Source: Malacoraja senta | Lineage: Eukaryota | Assembly (NCBI GenBank): GCA_038087875.1 | Contig: JAXLNO010000620.1 | Location: 124,001-188,000, forward strand | Direction: 5' to 3' | Length of the DNA: 64,000 nucleotides | In this document: piece after piece, positions 1 through 12,725 of the stretch | Position numbering within the stretch: the stretch's first letter is position 1 | Layout of the letters: every line of letters begins with the position of its first letter | Made by a program: the position numbers and the translations under genes | Notes under the pieces: generated by a model | Database searches by the model: none | The model's input: only the letters and a program-made list of their open reading frames with translations | What the model was told of the DNA's origin: nothing

Positions 1-1042
1 CTCTTTGCTCCTATATTCGATTCCTCTTGTTATAAAGGCCAACATGCCATTCGCTTTCTTCACTGCCTGCTGTACCTGCATGCTTACTTTCATAGACTGA
101 TGTACAAGATCCCGTTGTACTACCCCTTTTCCCAACTTGACACCATTTAGATAGTAATCTGCCTTCCTGTTTTACTACCAAAGTGGATAACCACACATTT
201 ATCCGCATTAAATTTCGCCTGTCCAAGTCACCCTGCATTCTCATAGCATCCTCCTCACAGTTCACACTGCCACCCAGCTTTGTGTCATCTGCAAATTTGC
301 TAATGTTACTTTGAATCCCTTCATCCAAATCATTGATGTATATTGTAAATAGCTGCGGTCCCAGCACCGAGCCTTGCGGTACCCCACTAGTCACTGCCTG
401 CCATTCTGAAAGGGACCCGTTAATCCCTACTCTTTGTTTCCTGTCTGCCAACCACTTCTTTATCCATGTGAGCACTCTACCCCCAATACCAAGTGCCATA
501 ATTTTGCCCACTAATCTCCTATGTGGGACCTTATCAAATGCTTTCTGAAAGTTCAGGTACACTACATCCACTGGTTCTCCCTTGTCCTTTTTCCTAGTTA
601 CATCTTCAAATAATTCCAGAAGATTAGTCAAGCATGATTTCCCCTTCGTAAATCCATGCTGACTCGGACCGATCCTGTTACTGCTATCCAAATGTTTCGC
701 TATCTCATCTTTTATAATTGACTCCAGCATCTTCCCCACCACCGATGTCAGGCTAACTGGTCTATAATTCCCTGTTTCCTCTCTCCCGCATTTCCTAAAA
801 TGTGCAATAACATTAGCTACCCTCCAATGCACAGGAACTGATCCTGAGTCTATAGAACATTGGAAAATTATCACCAATGCATCCACGATTTCTAGAGCAA
901 CTTCCTTAAGTACCCTGGGATGCAGACCATCAGGCCCTGGGGATTTATCAGCCTTCAGTCCCATCAGTCTATCCAACACCATTTCCTGTCTAATGTGGAT
1001 TTCCTTCAATTCCTCCGTCACCCCAGATCCTCTGGCCACTTC
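1..1042 (-). mobile_element. CR1-clade LINE ORF2 reverse transcriptase fragment, in the intron after TRIM exon 5
   Basis: ORF 11..1072 has [40 protein letters not shown] and KFADDTK, typical CR1 RT motifs; it is frameshifted downstream. Confidence 0.93.
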
Positions 1043-1662
1043 TATATCAGGAAGATTGTTTACGTCATACAATTCCAGATATTTACTGCTATGTTAGAGA
1101 AACAACTTCAACCGTCTGCATGGTACGTGGTCTGGATGTTTGGATCTGATCGAATCCAGGAAGAGTTACATAATGGAGCATAACCGTGGCCTGAAGGCAG
1201 GAGACAGAGGGTTGGTGGAGGAATGCTTTTCAGACAGGAGGCTCTCGCAAAGGGTGTGCCATAGAGCTCGACTCTATCTCCATTGTTGGTCGTTATTTAT
1301 GCGAACGCTTTGTATGAGTATGTGGGTGGCATGTTAGTAGGTTTGTGGAGGACACTAAGATTGGTGGCGTCATGGAGAGGGAAGAAGGTGACCTGAGATG
1401 AAATGTGATCTTAATTAGCAGGTCTAATGGGCTGAAGAATGGAAGACAGAATGTTTTAAAGTCTAAAGATTGAGGGCATCAGTTTAAAGTGAGATGGTAA
1501 AGTAGGAACAGGCATTGAAGGTAAATTTTTTCAGACAGTGGACGGTAGAGAGATAGAACGAGATGCCGGAGGTGGAGGTGAGTACAATTACTGTGTAATG
1601 TTTGCATTTATGGTACTTAAAGATATAATCAATGAGAAGAATGGAAACTGAACAAGTTTTAC

Positions 1663-4600
1663 CTCGCTGAATGGCACAGGTTTCTCTCCACATCGTGTTC
1701 AGCACAAAGTGGTGATGAATCTTTTCAATCGGCAAGGTACCATCTGTCACTCACAATGTACGAACTTCATCACTAACCCTGCAAATATTTAACAGCTGGT
1801 TAAAATCTGATCTTCAACAATTTCGGAGCTGTTGTACAAAAACATGCAGCGTTTCAATCAAGAGCTGTCCTACCTTCTTTTCCGACCAGCTGCCTCCTGA
1901 AAGAAATAAGACACACATCTGAATAACTGAGAAAGAACATCCACATCCACATCCCGACAGCAGAAATGGCACGCAAATTTCCACAAGATTCCTATTACCC
2001 AACTCTTATTGCGGCAGCCACACAGACATATAAAGGATATTTCCGTCGGGACAAAGAACACGGGGGGGAAAACAAGGAACGTACATGAAAATGATGCCAT
2101 CATTGAGAGGGTGCAAGTTACGGGATAGAATGAGGAGATGGTTGGGTGTTATCTGAAGAAGATGCCAGGGAATGAAGGGATGGGGTGATTTAAGATTATC
2201 TGTGGATTAAAATGGGTGGAGGGGACAAATAGTATTGCTGCTTTTAGGGAGACCAAAATTCAAAGATGAAATATGTGATGGCCTTTAATAAATCCCATTA
2301 GTCATGCAGCAAAGGGAACGTGGAACTGATTCGCACAAAAGTGGCCGAAGCCAATGTTGGAGATCCATTGAAGGGGAAGCAGGATAAGCACAAGAGATTC
2401 CCCCTGTTTGCCCTATTCCCTGCAAGTTCAACTCATGGATGACAGATGATAAATTATGATGTGTGCGCTACATTCTAGATTTCAATGTTAATCCCCACAA
2501 TGTGGTCATGGCTAACCTTGCCCAGGACAGAACTCCCCCTTTTTTCCCCATTCCCCTCATGTTCAATTCCTGGAATTTTCAAAAGAAATGTCGCTCCCTC
2601 TGGTTCAAATACTGCTAACATTTCAATCCCCAAAGGCTCTGGGTTGGAGAGTTCCAGTGATTCACTGCTCTCTATCCAGTCGTGGACCTTGGGGTCAATG
2701 GTAAAACGACTCTTCATTATTTTAAACTGCAAGGAATATCGATCCAACCTCGATAAACCCTGCTGATGAGACAAGCCACTCATCCTGCAATTATCCCGGT
2801 GATTCAGTTTTGTGTTCCCTCCAATGCTGTAACATTATTTGATGGTTAAGGTTATGAAAGCAAGGCAAAATGCTCTCGATGTGGCTCGGATAATTATGAC
2901 AACCCCCCCAAGAAGATACTACAAGTATATTACCAGCAGCAGAATAACCGGGGGAGAATATTCCCCTTTAAGAGCAAAAGGATAACTAGGGATAGAACAG
3001 GTCCAATTAAGTGCTGTTAAGGAGGACAAATTCCAATGAGTATCCGAGGCTAAAATTATAGGACTGCCTTCACGGGGATGTTCCAACACCACAAACTCCT
3101 TTTCCTCTAATGCTGATCATACAGAAGACTTTCCCCATTGGTCTTATGATTCCTGCAGATTTTCCTTCTTTTTGGGGAAAAATTACACGTTCACTAACTC
3201 AGCGACTCTTTCTCAAGGAGTTTGCAGGCTGTCCCGAGATCCCATAAATTTATGCAGGAGGCCATTTAGTTTCCGAATAACAGCAGCACATCGCTGGAAC
3301 AGACGGAACATTGACCCAGCTCTGAATGACTGGTAAATGATGCATTAATTTCAGAAATGTCACCCACCATGTTGTGACTGTGCAGTTTCACTTCCCCTAA
3401 CTCTAGTGTAACCCCTCACCAGAAATATCCTGTTGTCTTTTTGATCTATCTGTTCCTGCAACGTTGAGAGTTCCTTTTGGATGGAATTTAAATTTGCTTG
3501 AATCTCTTGAAGCCTTTTCTCCATTGCGTTCCGAATTTTCCCCTCTTCTTCCCGGATATCTGCGAGTACACGCTGCTCTTTCTCAGTGAAAATCTGGTGC
3601 AGTTCAGCAAACTGGGATGTGATCTGTGACTGAAGGTTGTGTGACTCTTCCTGTGAAATGAAATGTGAAGATCAATATATAATGTCACTGTATTGTGTTT
3701 CCTAACGATATGCAAGGGGGTAGTTGGCCAATCAACCTTGTGGCATTGAGTACAGAAATAAGCCATTTGCCCAAATGTCCAATGAGTTCCATAGATTATT
3801 TACCATCTGACAAAATATGTTTAGTTTTTTTTAGTTTAGAGATACAACGCGAAAACAGACCCTTCGGCCGATTGAGTACGCGCCGACCAGCAATCCCCAC
3901 ACATTAACAATTTTTACATTTACCAAGCCAATTAACCTACAAACCTGTACGTCTTTGGAGTGTGGGAGGAAACCGAAGATCTCGGAGAAAACGTCACGGG
4001 GAGAACGTACAAACTCCGTTCAGACAGCACCCGTAGTCAGGATCCAACCTGGGTCTCCGGCGCTGCATTCGCTGTAAGGCAGCAACTCTATCGCTGCGCC
4101 ACCGTGACCGCTTTTCTAAGTTTCTCTTCACTTCCTTTCTAAAAGAGCGCCCTTTAATTCTGAGGCTATAACCTCTGGTCATCCAGTTCCACCAGTGGAA
4201 AGATTCTTTCCACATCCACTCTATCTACAGTCAGTACCTGCCCGCCCAGTCTCTATCTCTATAGCTACAACCCTCAGCTCTTGTGCTGTAGAGAGGTGTC
4301 CTAACATTACACGCATCACATTGATGAAAACTACACAAGATCAGGAAATCGAAATTGGAAAACCTCACCAGAACAACAGAAATCTTCTCTTTCTGTTGCT
4401 GCTCCATTTGCTCGATCTCCGATTTCTTTTTTGTGAGAGATTCGAAGGAAGATTTCACCTGATCCTGGAGTTGGGTTTCAGATCAGAGAAGAAAAATGTC
4501 AGAAAGTAAACAAAACATGACACAATGATTTGATCAATATCGGTTTGCTTTTACCTTGTAGGTTTCAACAGCTTCATCTACGTTCATGAAGCGGTGATCT

Positions 4601-4965
4601 CTGTGATCCCGCCCACCTGCACAAACCACACAGATCAGTTTGTTATCCGTTTCACAAAACAGCTTCAGTTCTTCCTGATGTTTCTCGCAGTGAAGTTTAC
4701 TTTCCTTCTCTGTCCGATTCAGGCTCAGTGATCGAGCTTTCTCAGACAGTCTCGCCAAGGCCCGACTCACCCTGAGGGTGCGGTCTGTAAACTCCTCTCT
4801 ACATTCCGGACAGGAGTTTCTCCCCTCCCTGTCCCAACTCTGTGTGATACAGGAGCGGCAGAAGTTGTGCCCACACTCCAGTGACACCGGATCGGTGAAG
4901 AAATCCAGGCAGATGGGACAAACTACCTCCTCGGAAAAACTCTCGAAAATGTCTTTCGCAGCCAT
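1663..4965 (-). pseudogene. TRIM (RING-B-box2-coiled-coil) E3 ligase-like gene, A33/NF7/TRIM39-like, coding exons 1-5, with a premature stop
   Basis: Exons 4965-4555 (411 nt; C3HC4 [21 protein letters not shown] and B-box CEKH..FCETD..CVVC..HRDH), 4464-4369 (96 nt), 3650-3420 (231 nt), 1896-1874 (23 nt) and 1778-1663 (116 nt), all with AG/GT ends. The 96/231/23/116 pattern is typical of B30.2-type TRIMs. In-frame TGA at 1753-1751. The B30.2 exon would lie left of the window. Confidence 0.85.
3819..4110 (-). mobile_element. tRNA-derived V-SINE (HE1-like elasmobranch SINE)
   Basis: Minus strand begins cggtcacggtggcgcagcg (A-box-like), continues through gggtgctgtctg..gagtttgtacgttctccccgtgac and ends in a (ctaaa)-like tail. 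Related copies at about 16778-17097, 40060-40320, 43205-43513, 44755-45060 and 54815-55085. Confidence 0.75.
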
Positions 4966-6052
4966 TTTAACCTCCACTTCCTGGTTCAAAGTGTTTCCCA
5001 CTGGGCGCGCTGCCGTCCCGGGGAATGAATGTTATTGGGCTGCAAGTGTTCAGTGTTCAGTATCCTGGCCACTCCCAACTAATCACACGAGGGAGGGGTC
5101 AGTTAGACATTAAACCGGCCTGAATATAGACGAAAGCGGAGAGATTGCCCTGGGATTGTCTAAGGCGGGACAGAAAGGGACAGGGACCAGCGCTAAGGAG
5201 GTGTAACTGAGGAGGCGTTGCACCTGTTGGGCAGTGGAACCCGCCGCCCGCATCTCCGTTCACAGCCCGGGATCAGGATGGATGTAAACATATATTAATC
5301 CACATCAGTACACTCGTCTCTCACGCTCCAGTCTTCAGGTGCATCTATATTTGGAGAAACCGTGCATCATTTCATATTAAGGATGGTCAGTTTGGAGTAA
5401 CATGTTCAGGTTTGTTCACTCTGCTGTAAGAAGAATGTGGATAAACTGGAAAGGGTGTAGACAATATTTATGATGATGTTGCCTGGGCCTGAGGGCCTCA
5501 CTAGAGGGAGAGGTTGGGCAGACTAGGACCTTATTCCTTGGAACGCAGTTGGATGAGGGGTGATCTTATAGAGGTGTGTAAGATCATGACGGGAATAATC
5601 CCGGCTTTAACTCAAGCGCCGCAATCCAATAGCAACTGGTGAACTCGAGGCATCAACTGGAGGTTGGGGTACGGTGGCGAGGCACCGATTTAGTTATCGA
5701 ACGAGGAATCCAGTGGCACAATCCAGGGACACAATTGTAAGTATTTTCTCCCACCTTGAATACAGTTAATCACCTCAAATGCTTGAAAAAAAACCCAAAC
5801 TGTCTGAAATACGATGACCGCAACGCTCTTGTTTGGTTTAAGATCCAACTCGCTCAAAGTGGTTGAAGATCAAATGTCCTTGGAAATGGCCGAGCGATCT
5901 ACTCATTGGGCAATTAGTGAGGTGCAATAAATGCTGGTCTTGCCGCGAAATCTACACCCTGATAAATCGATCACCTACTTACATTAATTCCTGAATAAGA
6001 AGGTTAAGTTTTGTTTATTAAGAACAGTATTGTATTAACTCATGGAGTTGAT

Positions 6053-6818
6053 GAAAACAGATATTATCTAAATGGTGGCCGATTAGGAAAAAGCGAGATG
6101 CAACGAGACCTGGGTGTCATGGTACACCAGTCATTGAATGCAGGCATGCAGGTGCAGCAGGCAGTGAAGAAAGCGAATGGTTAGCATTCAGAGCAAAAGG
6201 ATTTGAGTATAGGAGCAGGGAGGTTCTACCGCAGTTGTACAGGGCCTTGGTGAGACCACACCTGGAGTATTGCGTACAGTTTTGGTCTCCTAATCTGAGG
6301 AAAGACATTCTTGCCATACAGGGAGTACAGAGCAGGTTCAGCAGACTGATTACTGGGATGGCAGGATTTTCATATGAAGAAAGACTGGATAGACTCGGCT
6401 TGTACTCGCTAGAATTTAGAAGATTGAGGGGGGACCTTATAGAAACTTACAAAATTCTTAAGGGGTTGGACAGGCTAGATGCAGGAAGATTGGTCCCGAT
6501 GTTGGGGAAGTCCAGAACAAGGGGTCACAGTTTAAGGATAAGGGGGAAGTCTTTTAGGACCGAGATGTGAAAAACATTTTTCACACAGAGAGTGGTGAAT
6601 CTGTGGAATTCTCTGCCACAGAATATAGTTGAGGCCAGTTCATTGGCTATATTTAAGAGGGAGTTAGATGTGGCCCTTGTGGCTAAAGCGATCAGGGATT
6701 ATGGAGAGAAGGCAGGTACAGGATACTGAGTTGGATTATCAGCCATGATCATATTTAATGACGGTGCAGGCTCGATGGGCCGAATGGCCTACTCCTGCAC
6801 CCATTTTCTATGTTTCTA
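6053..6818 (+). mobile_element. CR1 LINE 3' fragment with 3' tail
   Basis: ORF 6235..6570 reads YRALVRPHLEYCVQFWSP..RRLRGDLIETYKI and ends in gggccgaatggcctactcctgc..tatgtttcta. Confidence 0.92.
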
Positions 6819-7099
6819 AAAACAATGTAAATAATAGCACAATGTATTACTCAAGTTAGACAACCAGGTAGCTCTTGCGGTCTCTCCTGTTCGTTTCTCT
6901 CGCCATGCCGGATTGTGTCTCAATCACCGCCACTGCCCCCACGTCGATGCCGGCCTCCAGCATCGGAAACTGTTCATTCTCTCTGCCCCAGATTCACCAT
7001 CCCCACGGGCAATGGGTTAATGTATCGGCCGATTCCGCAGTATCGGTTTGTACCAGCAGGTGGGGACCTTGCGCCGCGCAAACATTTAAACAGCTCGGA

Positions 7100-7270
7100 G
7101 GGAGACACAAAATGCTGGAGAAACTCAGCGGGTGAGGCAGCCTGAAGAAGGGTCTCGACACGAAACGTCACCTATTCCTTCCCTCCATAGATGCTGCTGA
7201 CCCGCTGAGTTTCTCCAGCATTTCTGTCTACCTTCGATTTTTCCAGCATCTGCAGTTCTTTCTTAAACAT
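7100..7270 (+). mobile_element. Penelope-like element terminal-repeat fragment with a minimal hammerhead motif
   Basis: CTGAAGA-A-GGGTC-TC-GACAC-GAAAC-GTC at 7142-7169, flanked by inverted copies of the gctgc..acccgctgagtttctccagcatt segment. Confidence 0.6.
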
Positions 7271-7904
7271 TTAGACAGTTCGGCATCAGTTGAAAGCGGC
7301 ACTGCAGCGAACTGGACTTGCTGACATGCATGAGGTTGCGTGCATGAAATTGGTATTAAACCTTCTTGATGTGCTGCATATGCTTGGTTCATCGTTGTTG
7401 ATGTCCAGAATTCACTGGGACACAAGAGTCAGCAGATGCCGCACATGCATGAGGTGGAATAGTGGAAAGACCCTCAATGCAGGAGCGAGAAGTGAACTTC
7501 TGGTAGAATTAAATTGATCAAGAAGCATTTGTGGAAGCTATGAGTGGATCCTCTTTGAGGGCAAAGACCCCAAAACATGACGAATTGATATATTAATAGA
7601 TTAATGCAACAGATACATTTAATGCCCCATTGTTGAATTTGGATAATTCGCACGACCAGTAAAATTCACAAGAACCTAATAGAAAGGTTTTGTTTATTGG
7701 AATTACGTGCCAAGAGAGTCGAGAGTCAAGAGAGTTTTATTGTCATGTGTCCCAGATAGGACAATGAAATTCTTGCTTGCTGCAGCACTACAGAATATGG
7801 AAACATAATACAGAACAGGAGATAAAAGTTCAGTGTGTCTATATACCACAGACCATATATGTACACAATAAATAAACAGATAAAGTGCAATAGACTGTTA
7901 TTGT

Positions 7905-8310
7905 TCAGAACTTGTTTGATGTTGTGTTTAATAGTCTGATGGCTGTGGGGAAGAAGCTGTTCTTGAACCTGGATATTCCAGATTTCAAGCTCATGTCCCT
8001 TCTTCCCGACGGCAACGGAGAGATGAGAGTGTGGCCAGGATGGTGTGGGTCTCTGATGATCTTGGCTGCCTTTTTAAGGCAGGGACTGCGATAGATCCCT
8101 TCGATGGTGGGGAGGTCAGAGCCGATGATGGACTGGGCAGTGGTCACAACTTTCTGACAACTTTTCCGCTCCTGGACGTTCAAGTTGCCGAACCAAGCCA
8201 CAATGCAGCCAGTCAGTATGCTCACTACTGTGCACCTATAGAAGATCGAGAGAGTCCTCCTTGACATACCGACTCTCTGTAATCTTCACAGGAAGTAGAG
8301 GCGCTTTTTT
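7905..8310 (-). mobile_element. Rex1/Babar-type LINE ORF C-terminal fragment
   Basis: ORF 7905..8267 reads FYRCTVVSILTGCIVAWFGN..HPGHTLISPLPSGRR..RFKNSFFPTAIRLLN. Confidence 0.8.
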
Positions 8311-8992
8311 GATTCACTGAAGCCTTGGTGCTTTCAGTGATTAAATAAAATAAACCACCAAGAAGATTCATCCAGAGAGTTGTGAATCTGTGGAATTTGC
8401 TGCCACAGAAGGCGGTGGAGGCCAATTCACTGGATGTTTTCAAGAGAGATTTAGATTTAGCTCTTAGAGTTAACAGAATCAAGGCATATGGGGAGAAAGC
8501 AGGAACGGGGTACTGAATTTAGATGATCAGCCATGATCATATTGAATGGCGGTGCTAGCTCGAAGGGCCGAATGTCCTACTCCTGCATCTATGTTTCTAT
8601 GTTTCTTTGTTTCACACACTCTACCCGTGTTATATTCCATCTCTCCATCCACGCGTGAGGTTCCTCTCTCATCCCAGCGCCCAGTAACGTATCGACAGAA
8701 ACAGAGCAAATGAAAATCAATCGGTACATAATTTACCTATCAAAATTATTTCACATCATCAAACACATCCTGAGAAGTTTGTTCGGAGTTCATACACAGT
8801 GATTGGCCCTTCCACCGCTGGAGATATGCGGAGAGTGATCTTTAGACTTGAGATACAGTGCGGACACAGGCCCTTCGGCCCACCGAGTTCACACCGCCCA
8901 GCGATCACCCCGCACACTAACACTGTCATTTTCAATTTTACCGAAGCCAATTAGCGAAGAAACCTGTCCGTCTTTGAAGTGTGGGAAGAAAT

Positions 8993-9295
8993 CAGATGCT
9001 GCCTGACCCGCTGAGTTACTCCAGCACTCTGTGAAACGTCACCTATCCATGTTCTGCACAGATGCTGCCTGACCCGCTGAGTTACTCCAGCACTCCGTGA
9101 AACGTCACATACCATGTTCTCCACAGATGCTGCCTGACCCAATGAGTTACTCCAGCACTCTGTGAAACGTCACCTATCGATGTTCTCCACAGATGCTGCC
9201 TGACCCACTGAGTTACTCCAGCACTCTGTGAAACGTCACCTATCCATGTTCTCCACAGATGCTGCCTGACCCGCTGAGTTACTCCAGCACTCGGT
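8993..9295. repeat. Minisatellite, about 4.7 copies of a ~64-bp unit
   Basis: Unit agatgctgcctgacccgctgagttactccagcactctgtgaaacgtcacctatccatgttctccac. The same unit occurs at about 47555-47668 and 50673-50855. Confidence 0.9.
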
Positions 9296-9307
9296 GTCTA
9301 TCCACAG

Positions 9308-9915
9308 TTAGGATGGGTGGAGGTGACGGGTGGTGCCGGAAGAGGTATCGGAGTGGGCGGGTAACGTCACGGGCAGGTGGTGCCGGGACTGGCTGGTGAG
9401 CCGGCAGATCTTCATGGGCTCGGCGTTCTTGCCCCCGTCGGTGAGGCAGAGGCGGAAGTAGGGGTAGAGGGTCTCGGAGAAGGTGTGGGGGAAGGTGTAC
9501 AGGTGCGCCATGCTGCCGGCATCGTAGAAGGACACCTGGCCGCCCTCGTGATCCAGGTAGACGCTGACGGTCAGGGGTCCGCGCTCCAGGGTGAGGGGGG
9601 TGAGGGGGGTGGGGGGCTCGGTGACAACCTGGTACCCCTCGCCTCTCTGTAGGCTCATCCTCCAGTAGCCTTCCTGGGGCCGGCGCTCCACCCTGCCCTT
9701 CCTCTGGCACGATCGCCGCGCCACGCCGAGGTCCCACTCCGTCTTGCCGTCAACCTCCACCTCCCAGTAGTGGCAGCCGGACTCGAAGCTCTGCGCCGCC
9801 AGCACGCCGGCACATCGGTCAAACCTCCACCGGGACTCGGGCAGGGACTGCCGCTCCACCCCCATCCACAGGCTGCACAGATCCTCGGACAGCTGCAGCC
9901 ACGGGTTGGCCGTAT
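9308..9915 (-). pseudogene. PRY-SPRY (B30.2) terminal exon lacking its 5' end
   Basis: Reads TANPWLQLSEDL..RFDRCAGVLAAQSFESGCHYWEVEV..WDLGVAR..VSVYLDHEGGQVSFYDA..HLYTF..LYPYF. The expected acceptor and VTLDP segment are replaced by CR1 3' sequence that abuts at about 9915. Confidence 0.85.
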
Positions 9916-10492
9916 TTCTCCCCATATCCCCTGACCCTGCTATCTTTAAGAGCTCTGTCTAAATATCTCTTGAAAGCATCCAGAGAATCGGCCTCCACTG
10001 CCTTCTGAGGCAGAGAATTCCACAGACTCACAACTCTCTGGGTGAAAAAGGATTTCCTCATCTCCGTTCTAAATGTCCTACCCCTTATTAAACTGTATGG
10101 CCCCTGGTTCTGGACTCCCCAATATCGGGAACATGTTTCCTGCCTCTAGCATGCCCAAATCCTTAATAATCTTATATGTTTCAATAAGATACCCTCCCAT
10201 CATAAATCCCAGTGACAAACCCAGTCGCTCCATTCTTTGAACATATGACAGTCCTGCCATCCCGCGAATTAACCTTGTGAACCTACGCTGCACTCCCTCA
10301 ACAGCAAGAATGTCCTTCCTCAGATATGGGGACCAAAACTGCACACAATACTCCAGGTGCGGTCTAATTAGGGCCCCGTACAACTGTAGAAGGGCTTCTT
10401 TGCTCTTATACTCAACTCCTCTTGTTATGAAGGCCAACAGGACATTTGCTTTCTTGACTGACTGCTGTACCTGCATGCTTACTTTTATTGAC
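9916..10492 (-). mobile_element. CR1 LINE 3' fragment fused to the B30.2 exon
   Basis: ORF 10078..10476 reads LYGALIRPHLEYCVQFWSP; ORF 9819..10061 begins RKSFFTQRVVSLWNSLP. Confidence 0.9.
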
Positions 10493-10908
10493 AGGGCTGG
10501 TGTATCATGTGTCTGTACACTGTCAATGGCTCGATATAATTATGTATTGTCTTTCTGCTGACTGGATAGCACGCAACAAGAGCTCTTCTTGGTTAGTACG
10601 GGTGTCAGCATTTATGAGAAGGCAGGAGAATGGGGTTTGGGAGGGAGAGATAGATCAGCCATGATTCAATGCCGGAGTAGACTTGATGGGCTGAATGGCT
10701 TAATTCTGCTCCAATCACTTTTGCCTTTCAAAGCTTTTCACTGTCCCTCGGTACACGTGAAAATAAACTAAACTGAAACTGAACGGGTAATAGCATCAGT
10801 GATAGGAGTAGAATTAGGCCATTCGGCCCGTCGTCTACTCCGCCATTCAATCATGGCTGATCTATCTCTCCCTCCAAACCCCATTCTCCTGCCTTCTCCC
10901 CATAACGT

Positions 10909-11040
10909 CTGGCACTATGAACTGCCCCTCTATCTCCCGCTGGATCTGAACCTCCAAGGATCTAAGTTCTTTCTGACATTCCTCATCCCTGCTCCGTCTC
11001 CATCTCACTCGCCTTCCACATCGAGCACTTGCAGCCACCA
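10909..11040 (-). pseudogene. Probable exon upstream of the B30.2 exon (short coiled coil), with its donor lost
   Basis: Acceptor ..ctctgctccgcggaacag, then 132 nt in phase 1-1 encoding VAASARCGRRVRWRRSRDEECQKELRSLEVQIQREIEGQFIVP. It runs straight into a CR1-tail repeat instead of a GT donor. Confidence 0.45.
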
Positions 11041-11895
11041 CTGTTCCGCGGAGCAGAGGTGAGTGTATGTTCTGTAGTTTTTTGCACAATTCGCAGGCAT
11101 TGCCACTTTCATTACACTGCACATCTTGTGACAAATAAACTTGACTTGACGTGAGGAGGGGGAGAGGGGGGGGAGGGAGGTAAGGAGGGGAGGAGAAGGT
11201 AGAGGGGGAGTGAGGGAAGAGAGGGGGTTGAAGAGGGAGAGAGAGTGGAGCAAGAGGGAGGTCATAAGATCATAAGTGATTGGAGTAGAATTTGGCCATT
11301 CGGTCCATTGGGGGAGGGAGGGAAGGGGTAAGAGGGAGGGGTTTGAGGGGCAAGGGAGGAGAGGTGCTGGGGGGTAGAGAGAAAGGGTTGGGACAAATGT
11401 GATGTGGAATGGGAGACAGAGCTGATGACATTGGTGTCCCATGGAGTTGTTCTTGACGTGATCTGAGAGGTTTTACACCTCCGATAAGTTGGAAATTGTG
11501 CAGAAGAGATTCACCAGGCTGTTAGCTGAGCTTGTATACTCTGGAATTTAGAAGGATGAGAGGGAATCCTATTGAAACATATATGATTATTAAGGGTTTG
11601 GACACGCTCGAGGCAGGAAACATGTTCCCGATGTTGGGGGAGTCCAGAACTAGGGATCACACAGTTTAAAAATAAGGGGTAAGCCATTTAGAATGGAGAA
11701 GAAGAAACACTTTTTTCAGCCAGAGTTGTGAATCTGTGGAATTCTCTGCCTCAGAAGGCAGTGGAGGCCAATTCTCTGGATGCTTTCAAGAGAGAGTTAG
11801 ATAGAGCTCTTAAAGATAGTGGAGTCAAGGGATATGGGGAGAAGGCAGGAACGTGGTACTGATTGTGGATGATCAGCCATGATCACAATGAATGC

Positions 11896-12250
11896 ATGTG
11901 AGTATGATGCAATTGCTATTTCCGAACACGCACCATTGAAACTATCAATCAAACTACCTGATTCCAAGTTTAGTGCTAAACAATGGCGATTTAATGCTAC
12001 TTTGCTTCAAGACTTAAACTTTATTAATTTTATGAAAGATCAGATTGCTTTTTACTTCTTGCCAAGCTACTGAAGAAATATCCAATGGTGTAGTCTGAGA
12101 TGCTTTTAAGGCATATATTCGTGGACAAATTATTTCATACTCCGCGGGATTAAAAAAACAAACCCAAAAAGAAATACGTACATTGGCTGACGAGATTAAA
12201 GAAATTGATAAAAAATATTCAAAAGTTCCTAGTTTAGAGCTTCATAAGTA
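11896..12250 (+). mobile_element. L1 ORF2 endonuclease-region fragment (degenerate)
   Basis: Reads AISEHAPLKL..WRFNATLLQD..FMKDQI, followed by a (W)DAFKAYIRGQIISY-like sequence with stops. Confidence 0.8.
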
Positions 12251-12725
12251 GTCTAAGAGGAAGGTTGGGAATGTCCAAGGAGCAATGTCCAAGGAATCGA
12301 GGAGGAATCTTCAGAAGGTCCAAGTAGTCTAAGAGGAAGGTTGGGAATGTCCAAGGAGCAATGTCCAAGGAGTGTAGGAGGAATCTTCAGAAGGTCCAAG
12401 TAGTCAAAGAGGAAGGTTGGGAATGTCCAAGTTTAGGAGGAATCTTCAGAAGGTCCAAGCAGTCTAAGAGGAAGGTTGGGAATGTCTAAGGAGCAATGTT
12501 CAAGGAGTTTAGGAGGACTCTTCAGAAGTTCCAAGTAGTCTAAGAGGAAGGTTGGGAATGTCCAAGGAATCTCAGAGGAATGTTAGGAATGTCCAAGGAA
12601 GCCAGAAGGAACATTGGGAATGTCCAAGGAAGCAAGAAGGAACATTGGGAATGTCCAAGGTATGGAGGAGGAGTTCAGGAGGAGTGTGCAGGGAGTCTTG
12701 GAGAAATGTCAAGAATGTCCAAGGA
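12250..12725. repeat. Degenerate tandem repeat built on gaatgtccaagga, in or after the SOUL gene 3' UTR
   Basis: Four ~60-76-bp units (aagtagtctaagaggaaggttgggaatgtccaaggagcaatgtccaagg..aggaggaatcttcagaaggtcc) followed by shorter ~30-bp variants. Confidence 0.85.

Noticed and set aside
8993..9295. Regular repeats that superficially resemble a CRISPR array
   Set aside because: The units are head-to-tail with no unique spacers, the context is eukaryotic, and there are no cas genes.
4369..9915. Joining the B30.2 exon at 9308-9915 to the TRIM exons as one gene
   Set aside because: On the minus strand this B30.2 exon is upstream of the RING exon, so it cannot be that gene's terminal exon.
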